A stretch of 64,000 nucleotides of DNA from an uncultured Clostridia bacterium (GTDB lineage Bacteria; Bacillota; Clostridia; TANB77; CAG-508), in contig CALXET010000003.1 in NCBI GenBank assembly GCA_944387405.1, forward strand, positions 36,962 to 100,961. The letters are read 5' to 3'. The translations under genes and the position numbers were made by a program. How positions within the stretch are numbered: the stretch's first letter is position 1; each line of letters begins with the position of its first letter. The notes beneath the pieces are model-generated. The model saw only the letters and a program-made list of their open reading frames with translations, was not told the origin of the DNA and did no database searches. This document shows, piece by piece, positions 52,293 through 62,888 of the stretch.

Positions 52293-52387
52293 TTCTCTTT
52301 TGTTATGCAATACTCTAGTCCTGAATTCCTTTCCAAAAGAATTCGTATACAATTTTTTACTAGAGTATTGCATAACAAAGGAGAATT
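52291..52387. repeat. 97-bp element with 29-bp terminal inverted repeats (one mismatch)
   Basis: AATTCTCTTTTGTTATGCAATACTCTAGT ... ACTAGAGTATTGCATAACAAAGGAGAATT. Confidence 0.8.
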
Positions 52388-52400
52388 ATTTTAATACACA

Positions 52401-52433
52401 AAAAAGATGTAGATTATTAAGCTACATCTTTTT
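52401..52433 (-). terminator. greA terminator
   Basis: AAAAAGATGTAG/CTACATCTTTTT. Confidence 0.75.
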
Positions 52434-52454
52434 TATATTATTCTTTTTATTATA

Positions 52455-52937
52455 TTATTGCTTTTTTATTGCTAATATTTTAAATTGCATTGTTCCTGCA
52501 GGAGCTTCTACTGTAACTACTTGATTTTTCTTTGATCCTAACAAAGCAGCTCCTATAGGAGATTCATTAGAAATTTTATTTTGAGATAAATCTACTTCTG
52601 TTGATCCAACTATTGTATATTCAACATCTTCATCAAATTCCATATCATGTACTTTTACAACGTTTCCTATTTGAACTGTTTTTGTATCAACTTCAGATTC
52701 ATCTATTATCTTTGCATATCTTAATTTATTTTCTAATTCAGCTATTTTTGTTTCATTTGAAGCTTGTGCATTTTTAGCTTCATCATACTCTGAATTCTCA
52801 GATAAATCACCAAAACCTAAAGCAACTCTAATACGTTCTGCTATTTCAGCTCTTTTTTCTGTTTTAAGATATTCAACTTCCTTTTCTAAATTATCATATC
52901 CTTCTTGAGTTAATAATATTTCTTTGTTCTCCTCCAT
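52455..52937 (-). CDS. greA: Transcription elongation factor GreA
   Basis: [31 protein letters not shown]. Confidence 0.98.
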   Translation of the reverse strand: MEENKEILLTQEGYDNLEKEVEYLKTEKRAEIAERIRVALGFGDLSENSEYDEAKNAQASNETKIAELENKLRYAKIIDESEVDTKTVQIGNVVKVHDMEFDEDVEYTIVGSTEVDLSQNKISNESPIGAALLGSKKNQVVTVEAPAGTMQFKILAIKKQ

Positions 52938-52954
52938 ATTATCGTCTCCTCTCC

Positions 52955-54115
52955 TTAAGTTTGATTTTTTACTAACGGTACTATATTACGATTATTATAT
53001 TTTTTTGTCAAGTCTTTTGGTAGTTTTTCTTTAAGCTTTTTTATCCTTTTTACTTTCAAAAACTCTCTTCCTCTAATTATTCCATTATTTCCTAAAAAGC
53101 ATTTTATTTCTACACTATCAAATTTCAGCTTTCTTTCTATTTCACTTTGTATTAAATTATTTTCTATAATAATAGCTTCATACAATAAAATAGGATTTAC
53201 ATCTTCTAATAATTTTACTATTTTATTATATTTTTGTGGAAGATATATTAAATAATCAGTAATATTTATTCCTTCAAAAAAATTAGAATATATTTTTAAA
53301 TTATTTCTTATATTAAATATAATCGCTTTTCTAGGCATGGCACACTGACTAAATTCATCTAATAAAAAATCAAGATTTATTATTATATTTGAATTTAATA
53401 AGGTCTTATCTTTATTTGTCGTTACATTTAATATAATTCCATATTCTTTTTTTAATTCTTTTCCTAATCTATCAAATTGCCTTATATTATCTGTAATTAA
53501 ATTTATAATTTTGCATTTTTTTGCTAATTCTATAATGCCAGAAACTCTTATATTATTTTTATATTTAATTAGAATAGATATTTCGTACTTTTCCATATCC
53601 ATTCTTTGAATATTAGATATATATTCTATACTTTTATATAATAAAGATTCATATAAAAATTTTCCTTCTATAATATTAATATTGTTATTTATAAAAATTT
53701 TTTTTAATTTCTCATCATTAAATAAATTATTAGATAAAATTACATTTTTAAAATTATATTTTTTGATTTTCTTAATATTTCTTAATAATCTTAGATTTCT
53801 ATTTTTCTCTCTTCTTATATTTATTTTACTAATTAATCTATTTTTAATTTTATTATTTTTTACCAATTTTATATTTTTATTTTTTTCATTAATTATATAT
53901 AAAATATTTAATTTTAATCCATCATCATCTAAATCTATTATTTTTTTTATATTTTTATTAAACATTTTCATATAATAAAAAATACATTTGTATATGATTT
54001 CATTTAATTTTATAAATTTAAATTTATCTATTTTTAAAATTAATTTATTTTTTAATTTATATATTTTTTTAAATCTATTTAAATCTGTAATTTCATCAAC
54101 AAATAACAAATGCAA
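52955..54115 (-). CDS. Very AT-rich hypothetical protein with a degenerate Rossmann-like C-terminal half
   Basis: 386 aa; [19 protein letters not shown]-like strands; GAGGTG RBS. Confidence 0.6.
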   Translation of the reverse strand: MHLLFVDEITDLNRFKKIYKLKNKLILKIDKFKFIKLNEIIYKCIFYYMKMFNKNIKKIIDLDDDGLKLNILYIINEKNKNIKLVKNNKIKNRLISKINIRREKNRNLRLLRNIKKIKKYNFKNVILSNNLFNDEKLKKIFINNNINIIEGKFLYESLLYKSIEYISNIQRMDMEKYEISILIKYKNNIRVSGIIELAKKCKIINLITDNIRQFDRLGKELKKEYGIILNVTTNKDKTLLNSNIIINLDFLLDEFSQCAMPRKAIIFNIRNNLKIYSNFFEGINITDYLIYLPQKYNKIVKLLEDVNPILLYEAIIIENNLIQSEIERKLKFDSVEIKCFLGNNGIIRGREFLKVKRIKKLKEKLPKDLTKKYNNRNIVPLVKNQT

Positions 54116-54168
54116 TCACCTCTCATATTTTATATCTAATATATGAGAGGTATTATTTTTTATTCGTA

Positions 54169-55926
54169 TTATTTTTTATCTACTTTGATATGAATTTCAT
54201 CTAATTGTTTTTTAGTAACTTCTCCTGGAGCTCCCATTAACAAATCTTGTGCTTTACTATTCATTGGGAAAGCACATACTTCTCTAATACTTTCTTCTCC
54301 TGTAAGTAGCATTATCATTCTATCTACACCAGGAGCGATTCCAGCATGTGGTGGAGCACCATATTGAAATGCATTAAATAATGCAGAAAACTTTTTATCA
54401 ATTACTTCTTTACTATATCCTGCTATTTCAAATGCTTTTATCATAATTTCTGGATCATGATTTCTAACAGCTCCAGATGAAAGTTCAATACCATTACATA
54501 CTATATCATATTGATATGCCAAAATATCTAATGGATTTTTAGTATTTAAAGCTTCTAATCCACCTTGTGGCATTGAAAATGGGTTATGTCCAAATTCTAT
54601 TTTTCCATTATCAACTCTTTCATACATTGGGAAATCAACTATCCAGCAGAATTTAAATACATTTTCATCTATTAATCCTAATCTTCTTCCAAGTTCAGCT
54701 CTTATCTCACCTGCTAATTTTTCAACTATTCCTTCATGTTCTGCTATAAAGAATATTGCATCACCAGCATTTGTATTTGTCCTAGTTAGCATTTCTTCTC
54801 TTTCTTTATCTCCAATAAATTTAGCAATTGGTCCTTGAAGAGTTCTATCTTCATTTACTTTAAGCCAAGCTAAACCTTTCGCTTTACATTCATTTATAGC
54901 ATAGTCTGTCATTCCTTCAAATAAAGTTCTAGTTTGCAAAGCACCATCTTTTACAGATATTATTCTTACTATTTTATTTTTAAATACTTTTAAATCAACT
55001 CTTTCAAATATATCTGTAACATCTTGTATGATTAGTGGATTTCTTAAGTCAGGTTTATCTGTTCCATATTTTAATAAAGCTTCCTTATAAGGTATTCTTG
55101 GGAAAGGATATTCTGCTATCTTTTTATCAGAAAATTCTTTAAATGTGTTATATAACACTTCTTCCATAACAGAAAAAACATCTTCTTGATTTGCAAAAGC
55201 CATTTCCATATCAAGTTGATAAAACTCTCCTGGTGATCTATCTGCTCTTGCATCTTCATCTCTAAAGCAAGGTGCTATTTGAAAATATTTATCTATTCCA
55301 GATACCATTAATAATTGTTTAAATTGTTGTGGCGCTTGTGGAAGTGCATAAAACTTTCCTGGATAAATTCTACTTGGTACTAAATAATCCCTTGCACCTT
55401 CTGGTGATGAACTTGTAAGTATTGGTGTTTGAACCTCTAAAAATCCTCTTTTTATCATTTCATTTCTTAAAAATTGTATTACTTTTGCTCTTAATATAAT
55501 ATTATCTCTACATTTTGGATTTCTTAAATCTAAATATCTATATTGTAATCTTAAATCTTCTCTTACATCTCTACTAGATTGTATATCAAAAGGTAACATT
55601 TTGGTTCTTTTCCCTAAAATTTCATAACTTTCGATAAATAATTCAACTGTACCTGTTTCTATATTTCTATTTACAGTCTCTTCATCTCTTAATCTAACTG
55701 TACCTTCAAAAGATACTGTTGATTCTATAGGAATTCTTGAAACTTCATCAACTAATTTTTCATTTCCTGATGCAACTACTTGTGTAATACCATATTGATC
55801 TCTTAGATCAATAAAAATTACTCCTCCTAGATCTCTTATTGTCTCAATCCATCCTGCAAGCTTAATTTTTTCTCCAACGTGTTTTTCTCTTAATTCTCCA
55901 CACGTGTACGTTCTGTACTCCTTCAT
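54169..55926 (-). CDS. aspS: Aspartate--tRNA ligase (possibly Asp/Asn non-discriminating)
   Basis: RDLGGVIFIDLRD, RLQYRYLDLR, EGARDYLVPSR, LPQAPQQFKQLLM, GAPPHAGIAPGVDR. Confidence 0.97.
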   Translation of the reverse strand: MKEYRTYTCGELREKHVGEKIKLAGWIETIRDLGGVIFIDLRDQYGITQVVASGNEKLVDEVSRIPIESTVSFEGTVRLRDEETVNRNIETGTVELFIESYEILGKRTKMLPFDIQSSRDVREDLRLQYRYLDLRNPKCRDNIILRAKVIQFLRNEMIKRGFLEVQTPILTSSSPEGARDYLVPSRIYPGKFYALPQAPQQFKQLLMVSGIDKYFQIAPCFRDEDARADRSPGEFYQLDMEMAFANQEDVFSVMEEVLYNTFKEFSDKKIAEYPFPRIPYKEALLKYGTDKPDLRNPLIIQDVTDIFERVDLKVFKNKIVRIISVKDGALQTRTLFEGMTDYAINECKAKGLAWLKVNEDRTLQGPIAKFIGDKEREEMLTRTNTNAGDAIFFIAEHEGIVEKLAGEIRAELGRRLGLIDENVFKFCWIVDFPMYERVDNGKIEFGHNPFSMPQGGLEALNTKNPLDILAYQYDIVCNGIELSSGAVRNHDPEIMIKAFEIAGYSKEVIDKKFSALFNAFQYGAPPHAGIAPGVDRMIMLLTGEESIREVCAFPMNSKAQDLLMGAPGEVTKKQLDEIHIKVDKK

Positions 55927-55960
55927 CTTTTTTTCTCTCCTTTTTTATTTATTCGGGACA

Positions 55961-56158
55961 AAAAAACAAAAATCTTTCATCCCTATAAAAGGGACGAAAG
56001 ACTAACTTCCGCGGTACCACCCTAATTGGAAATAAATTCCCACTTTTTAAGGTTTGCTCCAATGTGTTTCATAATAGTATTATTTAAAACGCTTTCAGCC
56101 TATGGCGTTTTTTCTCTAAAAAATAATATTATTCTATTACTTTCCATCTTCATCGCAA
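55961..56158 (-). promoter_or_regulatory. T-box riboswitch upstream of aspS; specifier position reads AAC (Asn)
   Basis: K-turn TTGC-GAT-GA/GA-GCAA, AGUA/GAA loop-E, T-box AGGGTGGTACCGCG at about 56010-56023, terminator with U-tract. Confidence 0.92.
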
Positions 56159-56262
56159 AATTTTAATTTATTAAAATAAAATAAATTAGCTAGTATTTTT
56201 CTAGCTAATTCAATATTTTAAACTATTTTTTCCATTCTGTCAAATTTTATACTAAAATTATA

Positions 56263-56754
56263 TTAAACATCTAAGAGATTATACTTAAATTCTAGTATTT
56301 TTTCATCTTCATCAACTTTTATATACATATCAAAATTTAACTTTTCATCTATTAAGCCTTTAATAAAAAATCTATCTAATATTATGATGTTTGATAATAA
56401 TTTTTCTGTAGAAAGCAGCTCATTAATATCTATCCATTCCGAAGAATTCTCTTCAAAATCTCTTGGAATACCTTTGTATTTCTTTGTTAAAAATATATCT
56501 AACATATAAATCCTATCTGGATATTCTACTTTCATTAAACCTTTTTTCACTATTTTATCTTTAAAAATAGTAATTCCAGTTTCTTCTTTCATCTCTCTTA
56601 TGCAAGTATCTATATTAGATTCATTTTCTTCTATTTTTCCTCCAGGAATCTCATAATATCCTGCTTTTTTATTTTTCTCTTTATATTTAGTAACTACTAC
56701 TTTATTATCTTCTATCAAAAAACATCTTACAGCATGTCTTACTTTCTTTTCCAT
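56263..56754 (-). CDS. NUDIX hydrolase
   Basis: Nudix box PGGKIEENESNIDTCIREMKEETG. Confidence 0.92.
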   Translation of the reverse strand: MEKKVRHAVRCFLIEDNKVVVTKYKEKNKKAGYYEIPGGKIEENESNIDTCIREMKEETGITIFKDKIVKKGLMKVEYPDRIYMLDIFLTKKYKGIPRDFEENSSEWIDINELLSTEKLLSNIIILDRFFIKGLIDEKLNFDMYIKVDEDEKILEFKYNLLDV

Positions 56755-56772
56755 TCTTAAACACTCCATATT

Positions 56773-57900
56773 TTAATATGTATACCATAATCCTTGGCTT
56801 TTAAGCTCATTTATTATTTGTTCATGTTCTGCATTTGTATTTGAAAAGTATACTTTACCATTTTTATCTGCAACAAAGAAAAGAGCGTCTGAATCTGATG
56901 GATTTAATGTTGCTTCTATTGCAGATTCACTTACATTTGATATTGGTCCTACTGGAATTTTTCCTTCCATATTTGGGCCACGTGTATTATATGGGTTAGC
57001 TGTGTTTAATTCACTTTGTGTTAAATCTCTATCTCCCATATTTACCTTAAAAGCATAATATGTTGTAACATCACTTTGAAGAGCCATTCCTCTTTCTATT
57101 CTGTTTAAAAATACTCTAGCAATTCCTTTTCTATCTTCTGTACTAATTCCTTCATTTTCTACTACAGAAGCTAAACTTAAAAATTGATGAACAGTATATC
57201 CTTTTGAGTTTATTTCAATTTGATATTCTGATAATACTTTATCTGTTTGGTTTAACATTATTTTAATTATATCATCTATACTCACATCAACACTTTCAAA
57301 AGTATACGTATCTGGATATAAATATCCTTCTAAAGGATAATATATACTGTCATCTAATATCTCATCTGTCAAAAACCAGTAATTTTCTATTAAACCTTTT
57401 GCATATTCCTTACTCTCAAATACATTCATAACATCTTCATATGAATTATTTGTATTTTCCGAAATAATCTTAGCAATATCTCTCATGTTCTTTCCTTCTG
57501 GGAAAGTTACATTTATCTCTTTTATAACTACATCTCCGGCTTGAAGTTTGTTCACTATTTCTTCTACAGACATGTTTTTATTTAAATCATATGTTCCAGC
57601 TTGCATATTATTTACTTCATTTAATTTACAATAAATTTTAAAAACTAAATCGTCTTTAATTAGATTATTTTCTTTTAGCGCTTCAGCTATTCCTTCTGTA
57701 CCTTGTCCAGGAACAATATCAACTATTACGCTTTCCAAATTACCATCTTGAACTGGTCTTAGAGATAGTTCATACCAAGCAAATACTGCTATAGCACCTA
57801 TTACAATTATTAAAAATAAAATTATTAATATTATTTTTAATACAGATTTCTTACCCTTTTTAGCATTTTCTTCTGCTTCTCTTTTTTCTCTTCTACTCAT
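56773..57900 (-). CDS. mltG: Endolytic transglycosylase MltG (YceG family)
   Basis: N-terminal TM, VTFPEG, LEGYLYPDTY, LASVVENEG, LQSDVT, NPYNT, PVGPISN. Confidence 0.93.
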   Translation of the reverse strand: MSRREKREAEENAKKGKKSVLKIILIILFLIIVIGAIAVFAWYELSLRPVQDGNLESVIVDIVPGQGTEGIAEALKENNLIKDDLVFKIYCKLNEVNNMQAGTYDLNKNMSVEEIVNKLQAGDVVIKEINVTFPEGKNMRDIAKIISENTNNSYEDVMNVFESKEYAKGLIENYWFLTDEILDDSIYYPLEGYLYPDTYTFESVDVSIDDIIKIMLNQTDKVLSEYQIEINSKGYTVHQFLSLASVVENEGISTEDRKGIARVFLNRIERGMALQSDVTTYYAFKVNMGDRDLTQSELNTANPYNTRGPNMEGKIPVGPISNVSESAIEATLNPSDSDALFFVADKNGKVYFSNTNAEHEQIINELKSQGLWYTY

Positions 57901-58016
57901 ATTTACCTCTTTTCTTTAATTACTAATAATTAATTTTTTATTTTAATAAATTTTTATTTATATTTTCATTCTAATTAAATTTAATTTCTATTTTACCTGT
58001 ATTTATTTTAATAACT

Positions 58017-59051
58017 TTACTCTACACTATTTGTTACTTCTTTTAATGTATTTTCATCTAAATTATCTTTTTTAACAACTATTAAAGAAATTCCATAATC
58101 ATTTAAATATGGTCTAAGCTCTGCTAAAAATCTATAGTAATTTTCCGTATTATTAATATTATCAAAATTTACCTTTACACCTTTTAATCTTTTGCTCAAT
58201 GCAGTATCTAAAATTCTTAATATAAATTCTTTTCTTGACTCATAAGAAGAAGTTATCTCATCAATTCCGCTACTAATATCATTATTAGATAATTCTGATA
58301 TATCATCATTTTCTTCTGGTTTTATCTCATTTGCTATATTAAGATTTTCTCTAACAACTTTTTCATTAAATAAATTTTTTGTTTTTATATACCCTACATG
58401 CCCATCTCTTGACTGTACTTTTGTCCATTTATCATCTTTAGAAATAATAGTAACTTCTTCACCTTTTTTTAATTTTTCTATTGTTTTTGAAAAACTTGTA
58501 TCTTTATATTTTAATTTATCTTTCTTATTTAAATATGCCACTTTCTTTTCAGTATTTAATGAATCAATATTTATTATATTTGTATCTATATATTCTTCTA
58601 TCTCTATATTATATGCTTCATCAATATCAGAAATTGGAATATAATAAACACCTTCTTTTTCTTTAATTTTATCATCTATTTTTAATGAAAGATTATTTAT
58701 TTCAATCTCATTACTATTTTCCTTCATTAAAATCACTTTGTTTTCTGAAACAGAAATTATATTATCTTCATTATTAATGTTTTCAACATAAGTACGAACA
58801 CCTAAAAAGTTATTTATATCATCTACAGAAATATACAAAGTACTATTCTCAATAAATGGCATATACTTAAAAGCAGTATCGTTACTGTTGATATATACTT
58901 TTAACTCATTTGTATCTTTTATATAGTTTGGTGCAAAATTAAATATTAAACATAATAAAATTAATTCTAAAAGAACAATTATAATTCTTCTATATGTTTT
59001 AAAAAAATTATCTTTATTTGAATTTCTATGTCCTGAATTTTTGCTTCTCAC
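58017..59051 (-). CDS. TM + copper-amine-oxidase-like N-domain + SH3b + truncated GH18-like remnant
   Basis: GVYYIPISDI..AYNI, LKKGEEVTII..KWTKVQSRDGHVGYI (SH3b), RKEFI..LKGVKVNFDN (degenerate DxDxE). Confidence 0.65.
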   Translation of the reverse strand: MRSKNSGHRNSNKDNFFKTYRRIIIVLLELILLCLIFNFAPNYIKDTNELKVYINSNDTAFKYMPFIENSTLYISVDDINNFLGVRTYVENINNEDNIISVSENKVILMKENSNEIEINNLSLKIDDKIKEKEGVYYIPISDIDEAYNIEIEEYIDTNIINIDSLNTEKKVAYLNKKDKLKYKDTSFSKTIEKLKKGEEVTIISKDDKWTKVQSRDGHVGYIKTKNLFNEKVVRENLNIANEIKPEENDDISELSNNDISSGIDEITSSYESRKEFILRILDTALSKRLKGVKVNFDNINNTENYYRFLAELRPYLNDYGISLIVVKKDNLDENTLKEVTNSVE

Positions 59052-59281
59052 TTTTATACCTCTATTTATATTTTTTATATTTTACTTTTTAAAGTATATC
59101 ATAAAAGATACGTTTCACAAATATAATTTAGTAAAATAATATTATTTATTACAAAAGAGTAATCAAATTGTCATATTTTTTCAAAAATCTCTTTATTTTA
59201 GGCGAATTTTATGGTATAATTGTAGTGACTTTTGAATTAAGATAATTATTTCAATATATATAAATTTTAGGAGGAAAAAAT

Positions 59282-60310
59282 ATGGGCGGATTTGTTGTTT
59301 TTGTTGTGATAATTGCTCTACTAGCTTTTGTAGCATATCACACAATCAAAGTAGTTAGACAATCTGAAGTATATATTATAGAAAGGTTAGGTAAATTTCA
59401 TAAAATAGCAGATGCTGGACTTACAATAATTATTCCATTTATTGATAAAGTTAGATCAGTTGTAAGTTTAAAGCAACAAACAATGGAAATACCACCACAA
59501 AGTGTTATTACATCTGATAATGTTACAATTACAATAGACACAGTTGTGTTTTATAAAATAATTGAACCAGCAAAAGCAGTATATGAAATCCAATCTTTAA
59601 GAAAAGGTATTGAATATTTAGCTATCACAACAATTCGTGATATTGTTGGTAAAATGGAACTTGATGAAACATTCAGTTCTAGAGATATGATTAATGATAG
59701 ATTAAGGATAATTTTAAGTGAAGCTACTGATCAATGGGGTTGTAAAGTAGATCGTGTTGAAATTAAAGATATTACTCCTCCAGCAGATATTAGAGATGCA
59801 ATGGAAAAACAAATGAACGCTGAGAGAAATAAAAGAGCTTTAATTCTTGAAGCTGAAGGTAAAAGACAATCTGCTATTACACTTGCTGAAGGTAGAAAAG
59901 AAGCTGCAATATTAGATGCTGAAGCTCAAAGAGAAGCTACAATTAAAAAAGCTACTGGTGAAGCAGATGCTATAAAACAAGTTGCAGAAGCTAAAGCAAA
60001 AGAAATTCAGTTAGTATATGATGCAATCAAAGATTCAAATCCTGATGAAAAATTAGTTCAATTAAAATCACTTGAAGCTCTTCAAGAAGTTGCTAAAGGT
60101 GATGCAAATAAAATATTTATACCATTTGAAGCTACTCAAGCTTTAAGTAGTATAGGAGCAATAAAAGATGTTGTTACTGACAATGTAAAGAAATCTGCAA
60201 AAGGAAAAGTAGCTAAAGCAACTACTCAAAATACAAATTCTACTGCAGTAGCACAACCTTCTCAAGATGTTAATTCATCAAACAATAATAATGTTACAAA
60301 TAATCAATAA
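59282..60310 (+). CDS. SPFH/band-7 (stomatin/paraslipin-like) protein
   Basis: YIIERLGKF, VITSDNVTITID, WGCKVDRVEIKDI, AMEKQMNAERNKRA. Confidence 0.93.
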   Translation: MGGFVVFVVIIALLAFVAYHTIKVVRQSEVYIIERLGKFHKIADAGLTIIIPFIDKVRSVVSLKQQTMEIPPQSVITSDNVTITIDTVVFYKIIEPAKAVYEIQSLRKGIEYLAITTIRDIVGKMELDETFSSRDMINDRLRIILSEATDQWGCKVDRVEIKDITPPADIRDAMEKQMNAERNKRALILEAEGKRQSAITLAEGRKEAAILDAEAQREATIKKATGEADAIKQVAEAKAKEIQLVYDAIKDSNPDEKLVQLKSLEALQEVAKGDANKIFIPFEATQALSSIGAIKDVVTDNVKKSAKGKVAKATTQNTNSTAVAQPSQDVNSSNNNNVTNNQ

Positions 60311-60340
60311 TATAGATTTTTGTAAAACTTTTAAGCACTA

Positions 60341-60381
60341 AAAATAGATGTATTTAAGTTAAACTTAAATACATCTATTTT
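60341..60381. terminator. Bidirectional terminator
   Basis: AAAATAGATGTATTTAAG/CTTAAATACATCTATTTT between convergent genes. Confidence 0.75.
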
Positions 60382-60382
60382 T

Positions 60383-61513
60383 TTATCTATACTTTTTTAC
60401 TATATCTTTTATATTCTCCACTAAAAACTTTACATCCTCTACTGTATTGTACTTTCCAAACGTCGTTCTTAATGCAGAAGATGCAATATTAATATTAGAC
60501 GTAGTATTTAATATTACACTTGATGGTTTTATAAGTCCTGCACTGCAAGCAGATCCACTTGATGCACATATTCCTCTTTCATTTAGTAGTTCTACCATTT
60601 TTGATCCTTTAATCCCTAAAAAAGAAATATTTGCATTCCCAGGTAATCTTTTATCTAAGCTACCATTTATATGAATATCTGCTATTTCATTTACTACTAA
60701 TTTTATATATAAATCCCTTAAATATTTTACCTTTTCTATATGATTTGTAAGTTCTGAATCGATTAAAGATATAGCATATCCCATTCCTACTATACCAGGT
60801 ACATTCTCTGTTCCTGATCTTTTATTTTCCTCTTGATGTCCTCCATCTTGTTGTCTTTTAAAACTAATTCCGTTTCTAACATATAGCGCACCTACTCCTT
60901 TTGGTCCATAAAATTTATGTGCAGACATTGATAAACTATCAATATTACTTTTTTTAACATCTATTCTCAAATTTCCTATAGCTTGAACACTATCAGTATG
61001 AAAAATAATATTTCTTTTTTTTGCTATTTTCCCTATTTCACTAATTGGCTCTATTGTTCCAATTTCATTATTAGCATACATTATAGATATCAAGATTGTA
61101 TTATTTTTTATAGATTTTTCTAGTTCATCTATATTTATAAAACCATTCTCATCCACGTCTAAATACGTTACTTCGAATCCTTCTTTTTCAAGTGATTTGC
61201 AAGTTTCAAGTACTGCTGGATGCTCAATCTTACTAGTAATTATATGATTTCCTTTTGATTTATTTGCTTTTGCAATACCTTTTATTGCTAAATTATCACT
61301 TTCTGAACCACAACTTGTAAAATATATTTCTTCTGGATAACAATTAATCGCTTCTGCTATCTCTTTTCTTGCGTTATTTATGGCATATTTATTAGATCTT
61401 CCAATATCATACATAGATGAAGGATTTCCAAATTCTTTATTAAAATATGGTATCATTTTATTTATAACTCTAGAATCTACTGGTGTAGTAGCTGCATAAT
61501 CAAAATATATCAT
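60383..61513 (-). CDS. iscS: Cysteine desulfurase (IscS/NifS type)
   Basis: YFDYAATTP, GNPSS, HTDSVQA, SAHKFYGPKG, RSGTEN, SSGSACSAG. Confidence 0.9.
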   Translation of the reverse strand: MIYFDYAATTPVDSRVINKMIPYFNKEFGNPSSMYDIGRSNKYAINNARKEIAEAINCYPEEIYFTSCGSESDNLAIKGIAKANKSKGNHIITSKIEHPAVLETCKSLEKEGFEVTYLDVDENGFINIDELEKSIKNNTILISIMYANNEIGTIEPISEIGKIAKKRNIIFHTDSVQAIGNLRIDVKKSNIDSLSMSAHKFYGPKGVGALYVRNGISFKRQQDGGHQEENKRSGTENVPGIVGMGYAISLIDSELTNHIEKVKYLRDLYIKLVVNEIADIHINGSLDKRLPGNANISFLGIKGSKMVELLNERGICASSGSACSAGLIKPSSVILNTTSNINIASSALRTTFGKYNTVEDVKFLVENIKDIVKKYR

Positions 61514-61594
61514 TTAAATTATTCCTTCCTAATAATAACATTATATATTTATATTATTAATTTATGAATCTAAATTTAATATTGTGTATCTAAC

Positions 61595-62020
61595 TTAAAA
61601 AAAATTATTTAATTCAAAATCATATTTTTTTGATATATGGTCTAATATAAATTCGAGTCTAGATATTGAATCTAATGCTTGTTCAAAATTATTTGATTCA
61701 GAATAATTGTATAATGTACTAATCTCTGTTCCTACTTTCTCTAGTTCATTATGTTCTATATAATAAGATAAAATATTATTATTATCCTCCCATTTTCTTT
61801 TAATATTTTTAACATCTAGAATCAATTCATTATAAGTACTATTATTGTTTTTCTCTATATCCTCTTCATTTAAATTCTTTACAAATACTATTTTTTCTCT
61901 CATATTATCTAAATCATTATTCATATCACTTATTTTTTTATCTGTTATATTACTTGTTAAAATATCTGCTATAACAACAATAATAATTATTATCAGTGAA
62001 ATACTAATTTCTTTTTTCAT
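61595..62020 (-). CDS. DUF4363-family protein
   Basis: N-terminal TM; W...ILSYYIEHNELEK..F. Follows a DUF421 gene, the usual pairing. Confidence 0.75.
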   Translation of the reverse strand: MKKEISISLIIIIIVVIADILTSNITDKKISDMNNDLDNMREKIVFVKNLNEEDIEKNNNSTYNELILDVKNIKRKWEDNNNILSYYIEHNELEKVGTEISTLYNYSESNNFEQALDSISRLEFILDHISKKYDFELNNFF

Positions 62021-62711
62021 TCTTATTTCCTTTCTTATTGGCATTCATCTTCTCTTGAAAAAATATATTATTATCACCGTCAATAGTAACAATTAAAGCA
62101 TCTTTTGCATCATATCCGAATTTCTGTATTTCTTTTTCAAGCCATTTATAATCTTTTCCTATTTTCTTTAAATTTTCTTTCATTATTACACCATCTATTA
62201 CTAAATCATAAGATATCCCTTGATATTTTTTATTTAAATTTAAATCTTGAGCAGTAATATTTTGCTTTTCTGGTTTTAATATAACATTTACTTGTCCGCT
62301 AGTTTCCAAAATAGCATATTCTACATCTGCAATATTTGTAATACCATTTCCTCTTAATCTTTCTTGTAATTCATTTATTGTAAATCTTTCTTTTAATAAA
62401 GTTTTTTCATCAATTCTGCCTCGATAAATTAATATAGATGGCCTGCCACACAAGAATCCTCTTAATTTAATACTTTTTATATTTGCATACGAGATTACCA
62501 AATGTGCAAGCAATAATCCAAGTATCGGTATTATTCCGTGTGAAAGAGGTATTCCAGTATCAGCCATTGGGGTTGAAGCTAAATCTGCAATTACTATTGC
62601 TATTGTAAATTCAAATGGTTGCATTTGGCCAATTTCTCTTTTTCCCATTATTCTCATAACAATTAATACTAATATATATAAAAAAAGCGCTCTTGCAAAA
62701 ATAATTAACAT
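62004..62711 (-). CDS. DUF421/YetF-family membrane protein
   Basis: RIMGKREIGQMQPFEF, LQERLRGNGI..VEYAILETSGQVNVI. Confidence 0.9.
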   Translation of the reverse strand: MLIIFARALFLYILVLIVMRIMGKREIGQMQPFEFTIAIVIADLASTPMADTGIPLSHGIIPILGLLLAHLVISYANIKSIKLRGFLCGRPSILIYRGRIDEKTLLKERFTINELQERLRGNGITNIADVEYAILETSGQVNVILKPEKQNITAQDLNLNKKYQGISYDLVIDGVIMKENLKKIGKDYKWLEKEIQKFGYDAKDALIVTIDGDNNIFFQEKMNANKKGNKNEKRN

Positions 62712-62888
62712 ATTAATCCTTCTTTACATTTTTTATTTTTATTCTTAATTATATTTTTTACTTATTTGTAAATAATATTCTTAAAATAATATTTTAAATT
62801 AGAATAAAAATTTTTTTGTTGTAAATAATATAGATATAACCTGCACAGTCATTTATATTTTTACTATTAAAGAAGGAGGTTTTCTAAA

